From a virus (lineage: Duplodnaviria; Caudoviricetes): a stretch of 64,000 nt of DNA. Below the pieces are notes generated by a model. It made no database searches, was not told the origin of the DNA, and was given only the letters and a program-made list of their open reading frames with translations. Location of the stretch: positions 1-64,000 of the IMG/VR virus record IMGVR_UViG_3300021387_001565. One strand, given 5' to 3'. A program made the position numbers and the translations under genes. Of the stretch, positions 27,869 to 38,903 are shown one piece after another (position 1 is the first letter of the stretch; each line of letters begins with the position of its first letter).

Positions 27869-28426
27869 TTATTCGTCATCAGCCTCGGTAGTTTCAGCAT
27901 CTATCACAGGCTGTGAATTTGTTTTGGCGAGTATTGCTTTTACTGCATTTGTAATCTTATTCTTACTTTCCCTCGTCAGTCCTTCCACAGGAGCGGCAGT
28001 GTTATTCACCACATTAAGCATGTTATTGTTAATCTGTATCGCAGGCTCTTCAATAACCTTCGCTACCATATCGGAAGCGTTCTTGATAGCATCCTGTGTA
28101 ACCTTTGCATACTTGACCAAATCCTCGTTGCTAAAGTTATCGGGGCGTGCCTCAATGCGCTGTAGCATTTGGTCGGTCACATGTCCATACAATGTATTCA
28201 ACTTATTCAGCCTTAACATATTGCGCTTCGCTTCGTTCATGTTAAACACATTTATAAGGGCTTTTGTCTGCATAGGGTCACTATCGACAATCTGCTCTAT
28301 AATGTCGGTAGACTTGCCCGATAAGCGTTCGTCTATCGACGGAGCAGTTATCTCACAACACTCCGCCACAGGATACTCAAAATCCTCATCCATCTGTATA
28401 TTGTCCCAATCAGTTTGTAGTCTCAT
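27869..28426 (-). CDS. helical hypothetical protein (possible small-terminase-like)
   Basis: helical core, QINNN, acidic tail. Confidence 0.5.
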   Translation of the reverse strand: MRLQTDWDNIQMDEDFEYPVAECCEITAPSIDERLSGKSTDIIEQIVDSDPMQTKALINVFNMNEAKRNMLRLNKLNTLYGHVTDQMLQRIEARPDNFSNEDLVKYAKVTQDAIKNASDMVAKVIEEPAIQINNNMLNVVNNTAAPVEGLTRESKNKITNAVKAILAKTNSQPVIDAETTEADDE

Positions 28427-28746
28427 AAAAAGTCCTTATACGACATGTCAACCTTCTTGGCTAATGACTGCTCAAGTGCTTTGGCTAACACATCGCTGTC
28501 ACCATCAATACTCTCGGAGATGGTTTTGCTGAATCTCTCACTCGGGATAAACCGAAACTTAATATCCTCGTTATCCCAATAGATAATCAGCGAACCGATT
28601 CCGATGTCAAAACTCACATCATGGTCGGAGCAATTATGTAAATAACTCCCCATGATAAGTTCCTCTACGCGAAATATCTTATCCAAGTCCCGCTTGTGAA
28701 CCATAGATAATAATGACATATTCTGTGCTATGCTATATTCTTTCAT
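28423..28746 (-). CDS. hypothetical protein
   Basis: operon overlap. Confidence 0.65.
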   Translation of the reverse strand: MKEYSIAQNMSLLSMVHKRDLDKIFRVEELIMGSYLHNCSDHDVSFDIGIGSLIIYWDNEDIKFRFIPSERFSKTISESIDGDSDVLAKALEQSLAKKVDMSYKDFL

Positions 28747-28949
28747 TCGAATAACCCTTTGCAAGTAACTGTAACTGTTCAAACGCAGTGAGCGACCGCA
28801 GGAACTTATTGAACTCATACTCATATAAGGACAATCCTGCATCCAACTTGTCGTTCACATGTACATTCAATACGTCTGCCCGAGGTCGTGTATGGGCATT
28901 CAACTCAGCATAAATTCCTGCGAGCCTGCGCATGAACTTTAATTCTTCA

Positions 28950-29309
28950 TCACTCATTTATCTTGTACAACTCCATTATGTGACTTAACTTATCGTAACA
29001 GTCTCTTACCTTCTTGCGCTCTTTCTTCGGGATAGCGGTAATCATATCGTCATAGTGCTTACCATGGAACTTAGTCCCCACATAAATGTTAAGGGATTTA
29101 ATTACCGTTTGCAAATCCTGTATGGTAGGAATCGTGATAGTCAATCCACCAAAATACTCCATGAGGGTGAGTACCGTATCCTTGTCGAGCAGTAACATCA
29201 TCTCACTCAGCACAAGATAATCGGGGTTATCACGAAGTTTATACAATGCAAACAAAATGAAATTGTACAACTCAACCGTGTTTAGGTCGAGTAACTTGTT
29301 CTTTCTCAT
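28950..29309 (-). CDS. Mor-like DNA-binding protein
   Basis: EYFGGLTITIP motif. Confidence 0.5.
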   Translation of the reverse strand: MRKNKLLDLNTVELYNFILFALYKLRDNPDYLVLSEMMLLLDKDTVLTLMEYFGGLTITIPTIQDLQTVIKSLNIYVGTKFHGKHYDDMITAIPKKERKKVRDCYDKLSHIMELYKINE

Positions 29310-29652
29310 TCACTATTATATCCCATATCTCCCGCGTAAGCACTGCAATATAGTTCGTCATATTGTACGAAATATTGTACAGGACTATGCAATATGGTAT
29401 CCTTTCTTCTACTTGACCGTAAAACAACTTGACGTTCTCGGGCTTATCATGACTGCTGTTAGGCGGAGTGATAGCGTTTATCAGCGATGACAGACACGAT
29501 ATGTATATGTATGTAAATATCGGTCTGTCAGTGCTGAATGGTACTCGCTTGGACAAAAACTCGTACACAGCGTCTAACCATGTTTCGGACTCAGCCCGAA
29601 AACTCGCCTGTGCTTTACGCTGTATGCTGTCTTGAATGACTGTCTTTAGCAT
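29272..29652 (-). CDS. hypothetical protein
   Basis: GGAG RBS, in operon. Confidence 0.55.
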   Translation of the reverse strand: MLKTVIQDSIQRKAQASFRAESETWLDAVYEFLSKRVPFSTDRPIFTYIYISCLSSLINAITPPNSSHDKPENVKLFYGQVEERIPYCIVLYNISYNMTNYIAVLTREIWDIIVNEKEQVTRPKHG

Positions 29653-31562
29653 ATCGAACTAACTCCAGGGTCTCTCTTAACTATATGAATTACATTATCA
29701 CAAGGTAAGTTAAGGTCACTATGATGAGTGATGATAAAGGTGCTTGAAACATCATGAATTGCATAAGACAGCAAGTTGATTACAGCGTTACATCCGTCAG
29801 AATCAAGGAAATCCATAATCTCATCAAGCACGATAATGTTGGATGAAAAACCGAGGTACGTGCACATCATGTCACGGAGTGCAAACTGAATAATCAAGTC
29901 AATCTTCTGTCGCTCACCACCCGACAACAGTTCGTATTCCTTTGTCTGAAAACAGATGTTGATATTGTTGCCCTGTAATTCAAACTGAATGTTGTCATGT
30001 CCGAACAGACAGGTAGCATATTCTTTTGCCTTTGCACTGATAAACCCAATGATTGACTGCAACAGATAGCCACGGAAGTCACGAGCAACCACAGTATTAA
30101 ACTTCGCTATAATCTCGGAACGCTGTGTAAGTACATCGTGCTCCTTGTTTAATTTCTCAAGTTCGGCATTGATGCCCTCAATCTCTTTCTTACCCGCGTT
30201 GATAGTTTCCTTACAGCGAGCTATGTTAGCGTCACGAGAAGCCATCTGTACTTCGATAGAATGGATAGCCGAGGTTTCCCTTGTTACATCGTCTGTAAAC
30301 GATTTTAAAGCCATTGTAGACTGTTTCTTATACTCACGTAAGTCTGTCTCTGCCTCATCTAAAGAAGCACGTTTCTCAGCCACAGAAGCCTTATAATCGG
30401 CAATAGCCTTTTTAGCCTCGTCGTTCACAGCATTAAACTCTGTAGTAACGGTCTTGTGCTCACTATCAAGCTCAATAGCCTTGGCGCGTAACGCTTCTAT
30501 CTCAGCCTTAACACCTGTCGTATCGGGCTTCTCCACTCCGTCAAGTTTACGTCCGCAAGTAGGGCACACATCAGTAACAGACTCTAACTCTCTCAACTTC
30601 TTCGTAGCGTTATTGATGTCAGCCATGTTGGTTGCGTTTGCTACCTTAAGAGCATCCAAACGCTCCTTTACCTCAGCAATCCTATCATTGTACGGAGCAG
30701 AAATCTTCTCCATCTCGCTCTCAACCTCAGCATTAAAAGCCTTAGTTGCTTCAACCGCTTTGACTATCTCTGCTTCATACTTATCTACTTCGGCAGTATA
30801 AGTATCTACGGACTTCTGTAATTCGATAAGATGTGTTTGATGCGACTGCAATTCTTCTGATAGGTCACCCATATTGAGCAGTTCGGTCAACTGCTTATCC
30901 GCCGCCTCGATATTCTCCCCTATCATCTTAATCTTCGTAGTTAATGATAAGGCAGTATCTTCGTTAGTACAAGTATCTGTACTAATCTCACCTTTGCGTT
31001 CTGTAATCCTACGCTTTAAATCTTCAATCATAAAGTCAGACTTTGACAACTTCTCAAGGATTTCCTTACGACCTGCGGGGGTATTGCCTGTAAACTTCTG
31101 AGGAAGTCCCTGTCCAAGAACAACAACTGAACCTAACAACTCAGTAGTTAAATCTGGCAAGTATTCAGCAAGTAACTTCTCCGAATCACGGATGCCTTTA
31201 CCCGATACATCCTCATTGTTCTTATAGATTTTCAGATTAGTCTTATACTCTGAGTGGTCTTTTGAGCGAATAATCTTATAAGTATCAGTATTTACGCTGA
31301 AATCAAGTTCCACGTATGCACCATCATCAGCATAAATGTTCTTTACGTTCTTTCCCCCACGAATGGTGTCGCCTGTCAGTGCCCACATGATAGCGTCAAA
31401 GATAGCGGACTTGCCCGAACCATTAGACTTCGCGTTATCTGAATTAGTTAAGTTCTCGCCCTCGACAAGCGTGTAATCCTGTCCGTCAAGATTAACAGAA
31501 GCGTCAAGGAACGACATGAAGTTAACCAAGTGAACGTGGCTAAATATTAATTTCATAATCAA
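29646..31562 (-). CDS. sbcC: SbcC/Rad50-like ATPase
   Basis: NGSGKS, coiled coil with CPTC hook, LSGGE, VLDE. Confidence 0.92.
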   Translation of the reverse strand: MIMKLIFSHVHLVNFMSFLDASVNLDGQDYTLVEGENLTNSDNAKSNGSGKSAIFDAIMWALTGDTIRGGKNVKNIYADDGAYVELDFSVNTDTYKIIRSKDHSEYKTNLKIYKNNEDVSGKGIRDSEKLLAEYLPDLTTELLGSVVVLGQGLPQKFTGNTPAGRKEILEKLSKSDFMIEDLKRRITERKGEISTDTCTNEDTALSLTTKIKMIGENIEAADKQLTELLNMGDLSEELQSHQTHLIELQKSVDTYTAEVDKYEAEIVKAVEATKAFNAEVESEMEKISAPYNDRIAEVKERLDALKVANATNMADINNATKKLRELESVTDVCPTCGRKLDGVEKPDTTGVKAEIEALRAKAIELDSEHKTVTTEFNAVNDEAKKAIADYKASVAEKRASLDEAETDLREYKKQSTMALKSFTDDVTRETSAIHSIEVQMASRDANIARCKETINAGKKEIEGINAELEKLNKEHDVLTQRSEIIAKFNTVVARDFRGYLLQSIIGFISAKAKEYATCLFGHDNIQFELQGNNINICFQTKEYELLSGGERQKIDLIIQFALRDMMCTYLGFSSNIIVLDEIMDFLDSDGCNAVINLLSYAIHDVSSTFIITHHSDLNLPCDNVIHIVKRDPGVSSIC

Positions 31563-31573
31563 TCAGTCCTCTC

Positions 31574-32575
31574 TTATAATACTAATACCCGATTGAGTTC
31601 ATCGAGTGTAAGTTCATCATTACCTATCTCAGTAGTCACATAATCACGGAACTGCTGTAAGTGGTCAACTGTTGTAAGTTCCTCATAAGTCTCATTGCCG
31701 CCCTCGGCTTCCTCTACTGTATGAGCGATGAGTATCCTACTCTCGGCACAATCAGCATAAGTTCGCTTTACATTGTCTAACTGACTTGCATAACACTTAA
31801 CTGTAACCACAGCACGTGACGGGTCATCGATAAAAGGAATGGCATCCTCTGTGTAATCAATCTTATAAAATTCATAAGCATATGGATTTTCAATCAACTC
31901 AAAGTGCTCGGGGTCATTCGTATCGATAATCATTACATAGTGCTTATACTTCGTGGCATCCTCTGAGAAGTTCTGTCCTGTGAGATTACCAAGATTTACA
32001 TAATGATTAGGTAAGTCATTGTAATGATTGTGCAGGTGTCCGTTCACAAACAACCTACACTTGCTCTTAATCTCGTCAACCGTATACCCCTCGGTTGATT
32101 TATACGCTCCATAAGAAATCTGCAAATCATTATGGCTGAATATAATATCAGCAGTCGGGAGCGGAGTACGATTTACCTCTAATTCATACGGGATAAACGC
32201 AACGGTCTTGCCGTCCATCTCATTTATGGTGGAAGTTTCAATTACTGTGAAATCGGGGAGCAGATTAAATAAATGCGCTGACGACATAGTGTGGTCGTGT
32301 CTGCCCATCTCATGATTACCACATAAAAAGATATGATACTGATAATTCCACATGACCTCTTTAAGCGCGGATAATTCCTCGGCGGTCAATTCAGATTTAT
32401 CAAAGAAGTCTCCGAGATAGATAACCGCATCCGTTTCTTTCTCGTCAGATATGCGCTCTACCCAATTCAGAGATTGAATAAGATTTTCAAGTCTTTTAGA
32501 ATACTTTTCACCTCGTCCACGGAGAATGGACGAATACGTACTAAAGTGTACGTCTCCTACAACCATCAGTTTCAT
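31574..32575 (-). CDS. sbcD: SbcD/Mre11-like nuclease
   Basis: GDVH, GDFFD, GNHE, GHLH. Confidence 0.9.
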   Translation of the reverse strand: MKLMVVGDVHFSTYSSILRGRGEKYSKRLENLIQSLNWVERISDEKETDAVIYLGDFFDKSELTAEELSALKEVMWNYQYHIFLCGNHEMGRHDHTMSSAHLFNLLPDFTVIETSTINEMDGKTVAFIPYELEVNRTPLPTADIIFSHNDLQISYGAYKSTEGYTVDEIKSKCRLFVNGHLHNHYNDLPNHYVNLGNLTGQNFSEDATKYKHYVMIIDTNDPEHFELIENPYAYEFYKIDYTEDAIPFIDDPSRAVVTVKCYASQLDNVKRTYADCAESRILIAHTVEEAEGGNETYEELTTVDHLQQFRDYVTTEIGNDELTLDELNRVLVL

Positions 32576-32587
32576 CTTAAAATCCTT

Positions 32588-33484
32588 TCAAAGTAAAATG
32601 TTTATCATCAAGTAATCAATGATGTTGTCCATCGGTAGTTCGCCAAGCACCAACTGCTTATATACCTTGGCGAGCGTACAGAATATATCTACGAGTTTTT
32701 CATGCTTGTAGAATCCTATGTTGTTCTTTTTAATAGCGTAGAACTGCTTAGCCTCTAAGCCCGTATTCTCGGGAGTAGCCCTATACCCCTGCAACTGAAT
32801 CAAGATAATACTCTTGAATGAATTGTAAAGAATCTTGGTCAACCCGAGAGGTTCAACATCCATACTATCTATATGATACAGTATGGAACGGATAGAATCA
32901 ACATTTTTATGAATAACCGCATTACTTAAATCAAAAATCGTAAGTTTGCAAAGGTCGTTGTAAAAATTACTGTCAAGGGCTTCCCGCACAGCATGGTTAC
33001 GCTCGCCCTCGGGGAATACATTAAAGCGGTCAATCTCCTGTTGGGTACGGAACACATCACCATCAAGCAGGTCAGCCAACTGTTTGAGATTGTCTTCACT
33101 CACGCCTGTAAGATTAGAGTACAGCAAATCATACACACACCACTTATCAATCTTGGGAACGCGGCAGACATATCTTGTGTCCATATCCCCGACAAGTTCA
33201 TTACAAACTATTATCGTGTTGCGGTATGAATCGGGATTGTCAAATGCCTCTAACTTGTCTGTACGGTAAACAAACAAATCGTTTGTGTGGTCGAGAAACG
33301 GATTGGAAAGTATGGTGGTCAAATCAGACAACTCATCGACTAAAGATATTTCCTTGTCTTTGTCTTTGGCTATCTGACGATAATACTGTTCGGCTACGAA
33401 GGTGTTCTCTGAGCAGACAAAGATTATCAGATTATCAGTAACCACTTTTTTCTCAATCTGTGATTTTAAATCTTCTATCTTCAT
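32588..33484 (-). CDS. holA: clamp loader delta subunit (HolA-like)
   Basis: degenerate AAA+ fold, TIFDLSNAV; context. Confidence 0.7.
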   Translation of the reverse strand: MKIEDLKSQIEKKVVTDNLIIFVCSENTFVAEQYYRQIAKDKDKEISLVDELSDLTTILSNPFLDHTNDLFVYRTDKLEAFDNPDSYRNTIIVCNELVGDMDTRYVCRVPKIDKWCVYDLLYSNLTGVSEDNLKQLADLLDGDVFRTQQEIDRFNVFPEGERNHAVREALDSNFYNDLCKLTIFDLSNAVIHKNVDSIRSILYHIDSMDVEPLGLTKILYNSFKSIILIQLQGYRATPENTGLEAKQFYAIKKNNIGFYKHEKLVDIFCTLAKVYKQLVLGELPMDNIIDYLMINILL

Positions 33485-34287
33485 ACGATAAGTTCCTTCT
33501 TCAATGCTTCCCTCAGTGCAATCAAGTAGACCTCGAACAACTGCTGTATGTTCATCTTGGGCTGTTGACAGTCCAACAATAGCCGATTGGTCAGCAAGTA
33601 AGACTGATACAGGGGCTGTTGCTCCACAATACGATTGTAAAGCAACTTCCGCAGGCACTTGATAAACAACATAACATTTATCTTAGTCTGCTCGTTATTG
33701 AACGCAAGTCGCTTGGGAATACCGTATAGGGCGTTGGGTATAGTGGTACTGCCTAACTTGAGGATTACCTTCTCCGCAAACTGTGCCGCCAAATTCATAT
33801 CCTGTGATTGGTATGCAAGGACATCCCCCGGGGTCTCACAAAACTGCAAAAAGTAATCGGGAACATCTTCTGCTACAAAAGTATGCAACTGAGGGAGAGT
33901 GTACTTTTCAAACTCAAGTCTGATGCATCGATTAAGGATAGTGTCGAGCACCACGTGAGCATTGGTCACAAGCAGTAAAATATAAACATTGGGGCTTGGC
34001 TCTTCCAAGAACTTGAGGATAACATTCTGCTCCTTGACTGTTATAGCATTCATGTTGATAACATAGAACGTAGGGGTAGCAGACAGGTATATCTCCGTGA
34101 TAGTATCTAGGGATAAACGCTCTGTAATGTCCTGTAAAGGCAGTCCAAAGCACTCAGACATATAATTGCATAGTAAATGCTTTCCACAGCCAGTCTCGCC
34201 ACACAGGAGCATTGTATGGGGCAATCCTGCAATGGGCATACCGTTGAAAAAGTCCATGAGTTTATCTTGAAACTTAATCTCTACCAT
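33481..34287 (-). CDS. holB: clamp loader delta' subunit (HolB-like)
   Basis: GETGCGK, QNVILKFLEEP, TILNRC. Confidence 0.8.
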   Translation of the reverse strand: MVEIKFQDKLMDFFNGMPIAGLPHTMLLCGETGCGKHLLCNYMSECFGLPLQDITERLSLDTITEIYLSATPTFYVINMNAITVKEQNVILKFLEEPSPNVYILLLVTNAHVVLDTILNRCIRLEFEKYTLPQLHTFVAEDVPDYFLQFCETPGDVLAYQSQDMNLAAQFAEKVILKLGSTTIPNALYGIPKRLAFNNEQTKINVMLFIKCLRKLLYNRIVEQQPLYQSYLLTNRLLLDCQQPKMNIQQLFEVYLIALREALKKELIV

Positions 34288-34288
34288 T

Positions 34289-36289
34289 TTACACCTCGGG
34301 AGTATACCGCGCCATCTGTAAGAGTAATACCTCAATCGTTGTTTTGGGGTTCGGGTCATCCTTAATCTCATTCTTCAAAGCAAGCAGAGAGTTCATGTAG
34401 TATTTGAAGAACTTATCCGCCCCCTCAAAGCCTACGGTAAAATCGAGTTTACTTTGCATACTCTCGGGAATGCTGATTAAGTCAAACGACTTAAATATCA
34501 GATACTTGCACACATCTGCTATGAAATCGAAGTAGGTACTGATAAACAAGTGCAGGTCTTTACCGTCAAAATAAAAATCGTTAACGGTCTGTAACACCGC
34601 AGGCTCATTATCATCCACAAGAGCGTCTGTCAATGCGAAGAAAGAATCATAGGAATAATTACCAAGACAGTACAGTACGTTATCGAGATTAAGGTCAGTG
34701 CTGTAAGACGCGCACTTGTCAAGGTTTGCAATCGCATCACGCATCTGTCCCTTGCTTATCTTGGCGATATACTCACACGCCGCTTGATAATTGATAAACT
34801 GCTCCTGTGAACAGATGTACATCAATCTGTCCCGTATCTTATCCCACGGAATACGCTGTAGATTATACCGCTGTAAACGATTAAGGATAGTAGCAGGTAT
34901 CTTCTCGGGATTAGTAGTACAGAACATAAAGATGGTGTATGCAGGTGGCTCTTCTAAGCATTTAAGAAACGCTGTCCAAGCGGCACTGCCGAGACTCTGG
35001 CATTCATCGATAATGTAAACCTTATACTCTGCCCCGATAGCCCGCTCCGACGCAGATGCCACAATCGACCTAACATTTTCTACCCCATTATTTGAAGCCG
35101 CATCAATCTCTATAATACCTGCAAGCGAACCGTTAATAGCCTTAGCCAATGCCCTTGCTGTGGTAGTCTTGCCGCAGTTACCTGTAATTATGATGTGTCC
35201 GTTCCTTCGCATTACCCATTGATGTGTCGGCACAGTAAAGCAATACTTGAACCCGTCAACAGAAGAAACGCTATCGACAGGGCTTTTACCGAACCCTACA
35301 GTAGCAGAGTGCTTAGCCGTAATAACAAGCGTGTAGTTACATTCAGTGCCATAAGTATAAACTTTCGACTGACCGCCAACAATTCGAGTTAAAGTACGTC
35401 CTTTGCGAACGTCTTCTCGTATCGACGTTCTGTAACCGCAGGAAGCGAACGCAAACTGAATAAAATCAATCGTATCCTTATTTTTCTGATGGAAGGTTTT
35501 GTGTTTACTCTCACACCCACCCCACTTCAAAATATTATCTACGATAACCTGTAACTGATGTGCAGAACAATTATACCAGTAGGAACTAAATGCCTTTTCC
35601 TTGCGGGGGGCTATAAATGAGAACAGAGTATACCCGTTCTGTTTTGCAGTAGTCTTATAGTCAATTTTGCAATCCTTAAGAATTTGATGAAGTTCCTCTA
35701 TCTTGCGAGACTTCTTAAGATGAACAAAACACCTCGAAGTTGCACAGTCAGATTTAAACGTGCCATCGCATATAACTGCACACATCAACCTTATCTCTGA
35801 GTCAGTTAAATCAATCCCACTACCACTATAATTGAATGTGGTCAATAATCTACCGCTAAATCCGTATCGAGCCTTACGCTGTCGAGAAACTAAATCTGCG
35901 CATCTTATAGTATAAATCTTTTCCTTGTGCTCATACACAACAGTATGGTCGTCACATAGCATCATATCTACACCATACTTAGTATGAAAATAATTGAACT
36001 CACTGCACGGAAATTTTAAATAGTCTACAGGGGTCACAAGGGACGCTGTACGGGTTACAGGGTCAAATTGAAGAACCTTCTCACCACCCGTGTAGTCCGC
36101 AATCTTCTTCCATGTCGTGCCATTAAAATACTCTGTGTCTCTATCAACACAGCCCGACGGTCCAGCAAAAAGATAACAATTACGTATTTTATGTTCCGCT
36201 ATCTGCTTCTGTATAATAGCAGACACCGAGTTCTGCCCGACTATCTCTTCGAGCGTGCTTGGTCTGTATTTGGTAGCCAATGCTTCCAT
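34289..36289 (-). CDS. dnaX: clamp loader gamma/tau subunit with intein
   Basis: LATKYRP, GPSG|CGKTT, EIDAASNNGV, IIDECQ, LKCLEEPP. Confidence 0.93.
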   Translation of the reverse strand: MEALATKYRPSTLEEIVGQNSVSAIIQKQIAEHKIRNCYLFAGPSGCVDRDTEYFNGTTWKKIADYTGGEKVLQFDPVTRTASLVTPVDYLKFPCSEFNYFHTKYGVDMMLCDDHTVVYEHKEKIYTIRCADLVSRQRKARYGFSGRLLTTFNYSGSGIDLTDSEIRLMCAVICDGTFKSDCATSRCFVHLKKSRKIEELHQILKDCKIDYKTTAKQNGYTLFSFIAPRKEKAFSSYWYNCSAHQLQVIVDNILKWGGCESKHKTFHQKNKDTIDFIQFAFASCGYRTSIREDVRKGRTLTRIVGGQSKVYTYGTECNYTLVITAKHSATVGFGKSPVDSVSSVDGFKYCFTVPTHQWVMRRNGHIIITGNCGKTTTARALAKAINGSLAGIIEIDAASNNGVENVRSIVASASERAIGAEYKVYIIDECQSLGSAAWTAFLKCLEEPPAYTIFMFCTTNPEKIPATILNRLQRYNLQRIPWDKIRDRLMYICSQEQFINYQAACEYIAKISKGQMRDAIANLDKCASYSTDLNLDNVLYCLGNYSYDSFFALTDALVDDNEPAVLQTVNDFYFDGKDLHLFISTYFDFIADVCKYLIFKSFDLISIPESMQSKLDFTVGFEGADKFFKYYMNSLLALKNEIKDDPNPKTTIEVLLLQMARYTPEV
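35177..36151 (-). mobile_element. intein (325 aa) in the DnaX Walker A motif, with LAGLIDADG-like domain
   Basis: CVDRDTEY...ITGN|C; removal restores GPSGCGKTT. Confidence 0.92.
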
Positions 36290-36302
36290 ATCAAATCACC
36301 TT

Positions 36303-36680
36303 TCAGTTTAATTGCTCAAGTAGTTCCATACCGTTAGTGGGTAACCACAGCCCGTCATACATCTCAGTGTAATCATCCTGCTGAGTAGTTATGTCGTAAG
36401 CCACACAACCTATCTTGACCATGTTACCCATAATCTGCTGTACTTGGCATCGCATATACTGAGCCACAGGAACTATACCTCTGTTCCAATTCTTAGCCAA
36501 AGACAGATTATCCGAGGGATGTCTAATCCACTCGGCAATCTTAATAATATAGAACTTATCCTGTTCAAGTTTGGGTTTGCGATGTCGGTAAATCACGAAC
36601 TCAGTTGTAGTATCGTCTATGGGCGGAAGTTTAGCCCATTTGACATTCTGCAACTGCTTCTTAATTATCTCGTTCATCAC
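36303..36680 (-). CDS. hypothetical protein
   Basis: in operon. Confidence 0.7.
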   Translation of the reverse strand: MMNEIIKKQLQNVKWAKLPPIDDTTTEFVIYRHRKPKLEQDKFYIIKIAEWIRHPSDNLSLAKNWNRGIVPVAQYMRCQVQQIMGNMVKIGCVAYDITTQQDDYTEMYDGLWLPTNGMELLEQLN

Positions 36681-37339
36681 TTGCCCTCAACCAACAGCAG
36701 GTTGGGCTCAACAAGGAAACTTGCGTATGTATCTGCTAAATGAAGCAGAGCCGCAAGCGGGCAAGAACAAAATGCGTAAGTAAACTGCTTGCCCAAATTA
36801 AAGTCCTCGCCTGTGTACCCTGTATGATGTAAGATAGCAATTATCTCATCATATGTCAGAGTTACCCAACGCTGTAACATAAACACGGAAGAATCCTCGT
36901 GTCGTCCAAATGTAAAACTATCCTTGAGGTTGCGTTTTGTCCACACCTCTTCGGTAATCCAATCATACCTACCAAGAGAGTCAGCCTTTGACCCCTGCGG
37001 ATGATAAGACTTCTTGTTCTTGTAGTCAAGACAGTACAGGTTAGTCTTTGATAAATCGTGAAATAAAGCCACGATAGCAAGAGTAGCGTCACTGTACGGA
37101 CAAGGTGTGTCCCCATAGCGCATCGAGACAAGTTTTTTTAGCGCGTCGTAAACATTGAGCACATGGTCACACAAACCCCCCGTGCACACATTATGAAACA
37201 TAGTGCTTGCAGGGGCAGTAAAAAAGTCAGACTGTTTAAGCCAAGTAAGAAGTCCGTCCCAATCTTCCTCGGGACGTGCAGGCTTCAAAACCTCTTCAAC
37301 AATCTGAACAAATCGTTTCGTATTCTCTTTAACATCCAT
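36677..37339 (-). CDS. HD-domain phosphohydrolase
   Basis: APASTMFH..GGLCDH; HDLSK; HH; LHLAD. Confidence 0.85.
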   Translation of the reverse strand: MDVKENTKRFVQIVEEVLKPARPEEDWDGLLTWLKQSDFFTAPASTMFHNVCTGGLCDHVLNVYDALKKLVSMRYGDTPCPYSDATLAIVALFHDLSKTNLYCLDYKNKKSYHPQGSKADSLGRYDWITEEVWTKRNLKDSFTFGRHEDSSVFMLQRWVTLTYDEIIAILHHTGYTGEDFNLGKQFTYAFCSCPLAALLHLADTYASFLVEPNLLLVEGK

Positions 37340-37343
37340 CAGT

Positions 37344-37589
37344 CTATGCCTTCCTTTCAAATTCATGGTCAGATACAAGCGTGAGCTTTTCAAGTGGTAC
37401 AGCGAAACAAGAAATCCTGCCATTATCGTCTAACGGACAGGAACGAATATCTGAGCCGCTTATCTTATATACCTTACCCTGTAAGTGCTTTGCCTTGGTA
37501 AACCTAATAAGATTGTCCCCGCTCTGCACTTTATAGGTAGCGATAAGTACAACATTGTCGTGATAACGTGGTGTCCAAATCTCAATCAT
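37344..37589 (-). CDS. hypothetical protein
   Basis: AGGGGG RBS. Confidence 0.6.
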   Translation of the reverse strand: MIEIWTPRYHDNVVLIATYKVQSGDNLIRFTKAKHLQGKVYKISGSDIRSCPLDDNGRISCFAVPLEKLTLVSDHEFERKA

Positions 37590-37707
37590 CTTCTTTTATC
37601 CCCCTCATCCTCATACATTACAAGAAAATAGCAAAGTCCAAGTAGCCCACAGGCAAATGCATACACAACCCACATAACAATTCCCCTTTCTCACAGTCTA
37701 TAGCTAT

Positions 37708-37744
37708 ATTATAGACAATGGGAAAGGGAAAAATCAACGGATTT
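37708..37744 (-). promoter_or_regulatory. conserved phage promoter
   Basis: AAATCCGTTGATTTT...TATAAT. Confidence 0.75.
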
Positions 37745-37750
37745 TTAATA

Positions 37751-38218
37751 TTACTCATCGAGTTGCATCAAAATTATCGGACTCGGCTGATGATACGGGA
37801 ACGCACGAACAATATTGTAACAATAATATTCAGACGCCTCATCGTGGGGCATGTTCTGAGCATCGGTGAGATGGCTCATTATGGCATCGTGGTCGTACAC
37901 CAATCTTCCGTCCTGTGACACTCCAACAACCGCAGTAGCGAATCCGTCTATAAGGTAACAATCATCTGCTTCGTCCGTGTCAAGGTACGCCTGTCGTACT
38001 TCGTCGTCAGTTTTGTACGGAGTATCGTATGTATGTGCTTTGAACGTGACGGCAAACCACAAAGAGCCTGTGCTATCAATAGACTCGCAGTAATCTATAC
38101 TGTCGTGCTGTCTAAGTCGCTCGGCAAGTTCGGTGACATCTTCTTTACTACATGCATCAAGCAACATCTCTTCCCCGTCAGACATGACCGCTTTGCTGTT
38201 AAACAATATCCTTCTCAT
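37751..38218 (-). CDS. hypothetical phage protein
   Basis: DGFATAVVG...LVYD...EASEYYCYN. Confidence 0.7.
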   Translation of the reverse strand: MRRILFNSKAVMSDGEEMLLDACSKEDVTELAERLRQHDSIDYCESIDSTGSLWFAVTFKAHTYDTPYKTDDEVRQAYLDTDEADDCYLIDGFATAVVGVSQDGRLVYDHDAIMSHLTDAQNMPHDEASEYYCYNIVRAFPYHQPSPIILMQLDE

Positions 38219-38226
38219 ATTAGCCT

Positions 38227-38895
38227 CTATTCTTTGTACGCTCGTCTACGATGCATAGCCCTGCTCATAAACGTCCTGTGTGTATCGAGAGATTCCTCAA
38301 ACTCGCCCTCGTTACGGATTGGGGTTACTTCATCGCCAAACTGTGCCAAGTTAATTCTGAACTTAAACCCATACTGACTAAAGAAGTCTTCACTGTCTTC
38401 AAGAGATACTTTATCTGTAACCTCAATCAATTTATATGTCTTGCAGGCATTTGATGTTTCGTAGTAAGCAATATGTACATGGTCATCATATACCTTGCCA
38501 AAGAAAAAACTCTCTTGCCCGTAGTTCCGTGCAATCTCTTCTGCATCGTCTTTTTCAACATTAAACACAATCATGCTGTGCTCAACTGAACCGTAACTAC
38601 CACGGATATTAGCATAGTTAAAACCACCGTAACGCACGGTCTTATCACCTAACTGTCTTATAGCATCTTGGACTAATTCAACCTTTGCCGCCTTTCTTGC
38701 ATCTCTATTATATTGTTTGGGATTAGCAAGCCATTGCTGATACCTCTGTAAAATTTCTTCATCCGTAGCGTTCTTCCACCCCAACGGGTTCTCTACAGAC
38801 AAAATAGCAAACGTCCTAATTTTGCTTGCAGGATTGCCAAAAAGGGCGTGCTTCACTCTTCGATAATTATTACTTTCAGATAATTTAAATCTCAT
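38227..38895 (-). CDS. putative SAM lyase/DUF3293-like protein with MRFKLSES leader
   Basis: FAILSVENP...GSYG..EHSMIV...ARNYGQESFF. Confidence 0.6.
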   Translation of the reverse strand: MRFKLSESNNYRRVKHALFGNPASKIRTFAILSVENPLGWKNATDEEILQRYQQWLANPKQYNRDARKAAKVELVQDAIRQLGDKTVRYGGFNYANIRGSYGSVEHSMIVFNVEKDDAEEIARNYGQESFFFGKVYDDHVHIAYYETSNACKTYKLIEVTDKVSLEDSEDFFSQYGFKFRINLAQFGDEVTPIRNEGEFEESLDTHRTFMSRAMHRRRAYKE

Positions 38896-38903
38896 CGGTC
38901 ACC